Positions 39,721-43,893 of a stretch of 43,893 bases of DNA are shown here, piece by piece. The notes beneath the pieces are model-generated. The model ran no database searches, was not told the origin of the DNA, and was given only the letters and a program-made list of their open reading frames with translations. This DNA comes from Acidimicrobiaceae bacterium (GTDB lineage Bacteria; Actinomycetota; Acidimicrobiia; Acidimicrobiales; RAAP-2), in contig DAHXOA010000035.1 of NCBI GenBank assembly GCA_027365145.1, positions 1-43,893 of the forward strand, written 5' to 3'. Made by a program: the position numbers and the translations under genes. Position 1 is the stretch's first letter, and each line of letters begins with the position of its first letter.

Positions 39721-41912
39721 CCGAACCGGTCGTCCTGGCCGGGAGGCGGGCGCCGGCACGGGTCGTCTTCGGACCCCACCCGACGAACCTGGGGGACGGG
39801 CGCGCCTTCTCCCCACGCCACGTGGCCTACTACCGACGCCGGGCCGCCGGTGGGACCGGCGTGCTCGTCACCGAGACGGCGTCGGTCCATCCCTCTGACT
39901 GGCCCTACGAGCGCGCTCCCCTGGCGACGGCGTGCGGGGAGGGGTGGTCGGCCATCGCCGCTGCATGCCACCCGGAGGGCACCGTGGTGCTGGCCGGGAT
40001 CGGCCACACCGGCGGCCAAGGATCCAGCGCCTACTCGCAGTCGTGCTTGTGGGCGCCGAGCCGGGTGGCCGACGCCGTCAGCCGGGAGCTCCCCTACGAG
40101 ATGGAGCAGACCGAGATAGACCAGCTCGTCGCCGGGTTCGCCGCCGCCGCCGCCGTGGCTCGCGACGCCGGCTTGGACGGCGTCGAGGTCGACATGGGGG
40201 CGACGGCGCTCCTCCGCCAGTTCCACAGCGGCCTCACCAACCACCGCACCGACGACTATGGGTCCGACCGGCTGAAGCTGTCACGCGACGTCCTTACCGC
40301 CGTCCGGGCGGCGCTGCCTGGCGGGGCGGTCCTGGCCGTCCGGCTGTCCTGCGACGAGCTGGCGCCGTGGGCCGGCATCACCCCCGAGCAGGCTGCCGGC
40401 CACGTGGCCGAGCTGGCGCCACTCGTCGACCTGCTGACCGTCGTGCGCGGAGGGCCCTACTCGGCCTCCGCATACCGCCCCGACGGCCACGGAGCCCCGG
40501 GGGCGAACTCCGAGCTCTGCCGGCAGATGCGGGTAGCCATCGCTGCGGGCGCCCCGGGCGCCGCGGACCTCGGATGCGGGGGCACGGGCGGGGGCACGGG
40601 CGGGGGCGGCCCGGCCGTCGTCCTCCAGGGGAGCGTGGTCGACCCGCAGGATGCCCAGCGCTACCTCGACGGCGGCGTGGCGGACCTGGTGGAGATGACC
40701 CGGGCCCAGGTCGCGGAGGCCAGGCTCGTCACGCTGGTCCGTGACGGGCGCGCTCCGGAAGCCCGCCCGTGCATCCTGTGCAACCAGACCTGCATGGTCC
40801 GTGACGCCAGGAACCCGGTGGTCACGTGTATCGGAGACCCTCGCAGCGGCCACGAGCTGGAGGATCCCGCAGTCGAGGGCACCGACGCCGTGGCGCGCGA
40901 CGTGGTGGTCGTCGGAGGCGGCCCCGCCGGGCTCGAAGCGGCCCGGGTGGCAGCGGCCCGGGGGCATCGGGTACGGCTGGTCGAGCAGCGCACCCGGGTG
41001 GGCGGTGCGCTCCGGCTGGCGGCGCTCGGCGCCGGACGGTCCCGACTAGCAGTCCTCGTCGACTGGCTGGAGGCCGAGTGCTCCCGGCTCGGCGTCCTGG
41101 TCGAGACAGAGACCTCGTTCACGTCGGAGGACGTCACCGGCGCATTGGAGGCGGGCGCGTCGGTCGTGATCGCCACCGGGTCGAGACGGCGGCCCCATCT
41201 CCTGGACGGGGAGCACGGGGCCGCCCGCGACGGGGGCGCCCACGACGGGGTCACGGTGGTCGACGTGGCCGATCTCCTCGGACGCGCGGCCGATCTCCTC
41301 GGACGCGACGCCGCCGGGTCTCGGAGTGAGGACGCCGGGCCGGAGGCCATCAACGCCGCTCTCGGCGTGGACGGCCCGGTCGTCGTCGACGACCCGATCG
41401 GCGGACCCATCGGCATCTCCATCGCCGAGGCGCTGGCGGCGACGGGCCGGGACACCCGCATCGTGACCCCCGATCCCGTGGCCGGGACGCTCCTGTCGCG
41501 CACCGGCGATCTCGCCGACGCGAACGTGCGCCTGCAGCGGGTCGGCATCCGCCGCGAGCTGCGGGCCCGGCTCATGGGTAGTGCCCCGGACATCGAGAGG
41601 TCGGCAGACCCCGGCGACACGCCAGGCGCCGAGGGGGAGAGCGGGACCGTCGTGGTGGAAGACGTGTGGAGCGGAGCGATCCGCTCCATCGCCTGCAGGG
41701 TCGTCGTCGACTGTGGCTACCGCCTTCCGGAGGACGCGCTGTCGGCTGGCATGGGCCATCCCCGCCTCTCCCGAGCCGGGGACTGCGTGGCCCCCCGGAC
41801 CGTCCACGAGGCGATCCTCGAGGGTCGGCGCGCCGGGATCGGGATCGGGATCGGGATCGGGGCACCATCCCGGGTGGCTGCGACAGCGGGAGACCCGGGG
41901 GATCGGCCATGA
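39708..41912 (+). CDS. mycofactocin-system FadH/OYE-family oxidoreductase, paralog 1 (TIM-barrel flavin domain, 4Fe-4S motif, FAD/NAD(P) domain)
   Basis: RVVFGPHPTN...GGTGVLVTE is an OYE-like barrel, CILCNQTCMVRDARNPVVTC is CX2CX3CX11C, and VVVVGGGPAGLEAA is a Rossmann motif. The GTG start overlaps the mftC end by 13 nt, and the stop overlaps the next ATG (ATGA). Confidence 0.82.
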   Translation: MPLLTEPVVLAGRRAPARVVFGPHPTNLGDGRAFSPRHVAYYRRRAAGGTGVLVTETASVHPSDWPYERAPLATACGEGWSAIAAACHPEGTVVLAGIGHTGGQGSSAYSQSCLWAPSRVADAVSRELPYEMEQTEIDQLVAGFAAAAAVARDAGLDGVEVDMGATALLRQFHSGLTNHRTDDYGSDRLKLSRDVLTAVRAALPGGAVLAVRLSCDELAPWAGITPEQAAGHVAELAPLVDLLTVVRGGPYSASAYRPDGHGAPGANSELCRQMRVAIAAGAPGAADLGCGGTGGGTGGGGPAVVLQGSVVDPQDAQRYLDGGVADLVEMTRAQVAEARLVTLVRDGRAPEARPCILCNQTCMVRDARNPVVTCIGDPRSGHELEDPAVEGTDAVARDVVVVGGGPAGLEAARVAAARGHRVRLVEQRTRVGGALRLAALGAGRSRLAVLVDWLEAECSRLGVLVETETSFTSEDVTGALEAGASVVIATGSRRRPHLLDGEHGAARDGGAHDGVTVVDVADLLGRAADLLGRDAAGSRSEDAGPEAINAALGVDGPVVVDDPIGGPIGISIAEALAATGRDTRIVTPDPVAGTLLSRTGDLADANVRLQRVGIRRELRARLMGSAPDIERSADPGDTPGAEGESGTVVVEDVWSGAIRSIACRVVVDCGYRLPEDALSAGMGHPRLSRAGDCVAPRTVHEAILEGRRAGIGIGIGIGAPSRVAATAGDPGDRP

Positions 41913-43891
41913 GCGGTGCAACGACGTTCCGGTACCTCTTCAGCCCGCTGCGGATCGGACCGGTCACGGTGGCCAACCGGGTCGTCTTCTCGGCCCATCT
42001 CACCAACTACGCCCAAGACGGCTTGCCCACCGGGCAGCACGCCGCCTACTACGCCGCCCGCGCCGCCGGGGGGGCGGGCCTCATCGTCACCGAGGAGCAA
42101 TCCGTCCACGAGACGGACTGGCCCTACGAGAAGCTCATCCACGGCTACCGGGAGGCCGTCATTCCCGGGTACCGCCGGATCACCGATGCGGTCCATGCCC
42201 ACGGCGTGCCGATCCTCGCCCAGATCAACCACAACGGCGGTCAGGCGTCGTCGATGTTCTCGCGGCTCCCGGTGTGGGCGCCGAGCCCCATTGCCGACCC
42301 GCTCTTCCGGGAGGTGCCCAAGGCGGTCGACCGCCGGGAGATCGCCGAGATCGTGGCCGGGTACGCCACCGTTGCCGAGCACTGCATGGCCGGGGGGTTC
42401 GACGGCGTGGAGCTCCAGTGCTCTCATTCGTCGATCGTCCGCGGGTTCCTCTCACCCGCCACGAACCACCGGGACGACGACTACGGGGGCTCGTTGGAGA
42501 ACCGGTCCCGGCTCCTCGTCGAGATCGTGGACGCCGTAGCCGAGGTGCTCAGAGGCCGCGGGGCGCTGGGCGTCCGTCTCTGCGGCGACGAGCTCATCGA
42601 GGGCGGCACGACGATCGACGAAGCCGTGGCCGTCGCCCGCATCGTCGAGGCGACCGGGAAGGTGGACTACATCAACCCCTCGATCGGGGTGGCGACCGCC
42701 ACGCTCTTCATGATCGAGGCCAGCATGCAGGTACCGCCCGGGTACGCGCTGTTCATCCCGAGCGCCATCCGGGACGCCGTGTCGTTGCCGGTGGTCGGCG
42801 TCGGCCGGTTCAAGGACGCCGTGCAGGCCGAACGGGCGCTGGCCGACGGACACTGCGACCTGGTCGGAGTGGTGCGGGGACAGATCGCCGACCCCGACTT
42901 CACGGCGAAAGCCCGATCGGGCAACGCCGGCGCCGTCCGGACCTGCCTGTCGTGCAACCAGGAGTGCGTGGGGAGGATGGGGCTCAACCGGTGGCTCGGC
43001 TGCATCGAGAACCCACGAGCCGGGCGCGAGTCCGTGTCACTCCCACCACCGGTCCGGCGCCGCTCCAGGGTGGTGGTCGTGGGTGGCGGTCCGGGCGGAC
43101 TCCAGGCGGCGGTGGCGGCAACCGAGCGGGGCCACCAGGTGGTCGTGTTCGAACAGGCGGCGCAGCTCGGCGGCCAGGTGCTGGCGGCGGCCAGCGTGCC
43201 CAGCCGGGCGGAGTTCTTCGACATCGTCCGCAATCTCATTGCCCACGCCCGACGACTGGGGATCGACGTGCGCACCGGACACGAGGCCGACCATGCCACG
43301 GTGCTGGCCGAACGGCCCGACGTGGTGATCCTCGCCACCGGGGCTCTCCCCGAGCGCCCGTGGTGGGCCGGCGACCACCCCCGGATCGTCGACGTCCGCG
43401 ACGTCCTCGAAGGGCGGGCGGAGCCGTCGGGGGACGTCGTCGTCTACGACGAGCTGGGCTTCCACCAGGCCACCTCGACGGCGGAGCTCCTCGCCGACCG
43501 GGGCTGCCGCGTCGAGCTCGCCACCAACGGGATGGTCGTCGGCCAGGACCTGGGGATCACGCTCGACCTGGAGACCTGGAACCTGCGGGCCGGGGCAAGG
43601 GGCATCGTCCAGACCGTCGACGTCGTGCCGATGGGCGCGACCACGGGAGACGGGAGTGGGGGCACGGACGAGCGCAGAGTGCAGATCACCTTCCAGCACC
43701 ACCCGACGGGCGCCGACCACGTGGTCACCTGCGACTGGGTCGTCGCCTCCGTCCACCAGCGCCCGAACGACGGGCTGTGGCAGGCATTACGTGGTGCCCC
43801 GTTCCCGGTCCACCGGATCGGCGACTGTCTCACGCCGCGCCGGGCCCACGCCGCGGTGATCGAGGGTCATCGAGTGGCGGTCTCCCTGTGA
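41909..43891 (+). CDS. mycofactocin-system FadH/OYE-family oxidoreductase, paralog 2
   Basis: FSPLRIGPVTVANRVVFSAHLTNYA...AGGAGLIVTEE...QINHNGGQ...NHRDDDYGGSLENRSRLLVEIV is an OYE/FadH barrel. CLSCNQECVGRMGLNRWLGC is the Fe-S motif and VVVVGGGPGGLQAA is a Rossmann motif. The stop is at 43889-43891, two bases before the window end. Confidence 0.85.
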   Translation: MSGATTFRYLFSPLRIGPVTVANRVVFSAHLTNYAQDGLPTGQHAAYYAARAAGGAGLIVTEEQSVHETDWPYEKLIHGYREAVIPGYRRITDAVHAHGVPILAQINHNGGQASSMFSRLPVWAPSPIADPLFREVPKAVDRREIAEIVAGYATVAEHCMAGGFDGVELQCSHSSIVRGFLSPATNHRDDDYGGSLENRSRLLVEIVDAVAEVLRGRGALGVRLCGDELIEGGTTIDEAVAVARIVEATGKVDYINPSIGVATATLFMIEASMQVPPGYALFIPSAIRDAVSLPVVGVGRFKDAVQAERALADGHCDLVGVVRGQIADPDFTAKARSGNAGAVRTCLSCNQECVGRMGLNRWLGCIENPRAGRESVSLPPPVRRRSRVVVVGGGPGGLQAAVAATERGHQVVVFEQAAQLGGQVLAAASVPSRAEFFDIVRNLIAHARRLGIDVRTGHEADHATVLAERPDVVILATGALPERPWWAGDHPRIVDVRDVLEGRAEPSGDVVVYDELGFHQATSTAELLADRGCRVELATNGMVVGQDLGITLDLETWNLRAGARGIVQTVDVVPMGATTGDGSGGTDERRVQITFQHHPTGADHVVTCDWVVASVHQRPNDGLWQALRGAPFPVHRIGDCLTPRRAHAAVIEGHRVAVSL

Positions 43892-43893
43892 CC

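Noticed and set aside
39708-43891. Whether either large ORF after mftC could be mftD, mftE or mftF
   Set aside because: Both have the FadH/OYE barrel, Fe-S motif and Rossmann architecture. Neither resembles an alpha-hydroxyacid-oxidase-type FMN dehydrogenase (MftD), a creatininase-fold peptidase (MftE) or a GT2 glycosyltransferase (MftF). Those genes are absent from the window and may lie downstream.

Overview
High-GC (about 70%) chromosomal segment, most likely from an Actinomycetota genome. This is suggested by a PASTA Ser/Thr kinase, an MMPL transporter, gatCAB, a long type-2-like IleRS and mycofactocin genes. About 35 genes are tightly packed, with many ATGA/GTGA start-stop overlaps. No rRNA, tRNA, CRISPR array, transposase or integrase was recognised.

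The left 35 kb is mostly housekeeping and accessory metabolism:
- CDF metal exporter and a GAF-GGDEF diguanylate cyclase
- esterase-gatC-gatA-gatB operon
- SCP2, SDR, GtrA, hemerythrin-like and HIT-like genes
- PknB-like kinase, then ligA, mnmA and a cysteine desulfurase
- divergent TetR and MMPL pair
- acyl-CoA synthetase with an aldehyde dehydrogenase
- ileS, a PIG-V-like membrane glycosyltransferase, nitroreductase and thioesterase
- SRPBCC, MBL-fold, D-2-hydroxyacid dehydrogenase and DUF503 genes

The standout is the right end (35.8-43.9 kb), a mycofactocin-type RiPP redox-cofactor locus. A TetR regulator (mftR) sits upstream of a Zn alcohol dehydrogenase of the NDMA-dependent (nicotinoprotein) type on the minus strand. 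Diverging from it are a 50-aa precursor ending IDGMCGVY (mftA), an RRE-type chaperone (mftB) and a radical-SAM/SPASM maturase (mftC). These are followed directly by two translationally coupled FadH/OYE-family flavoenzymes. mftD/E/F are not in the window.

A second recurring signal is an unusual density of short tandem repeats with 6-24 bp units. They occur at gene boundaries, in leaders, and in frame inside genes.

The ORF-track 'M' is often a GTG. Several long ORFs are read-through artefacts, and their starts were re-assigned.
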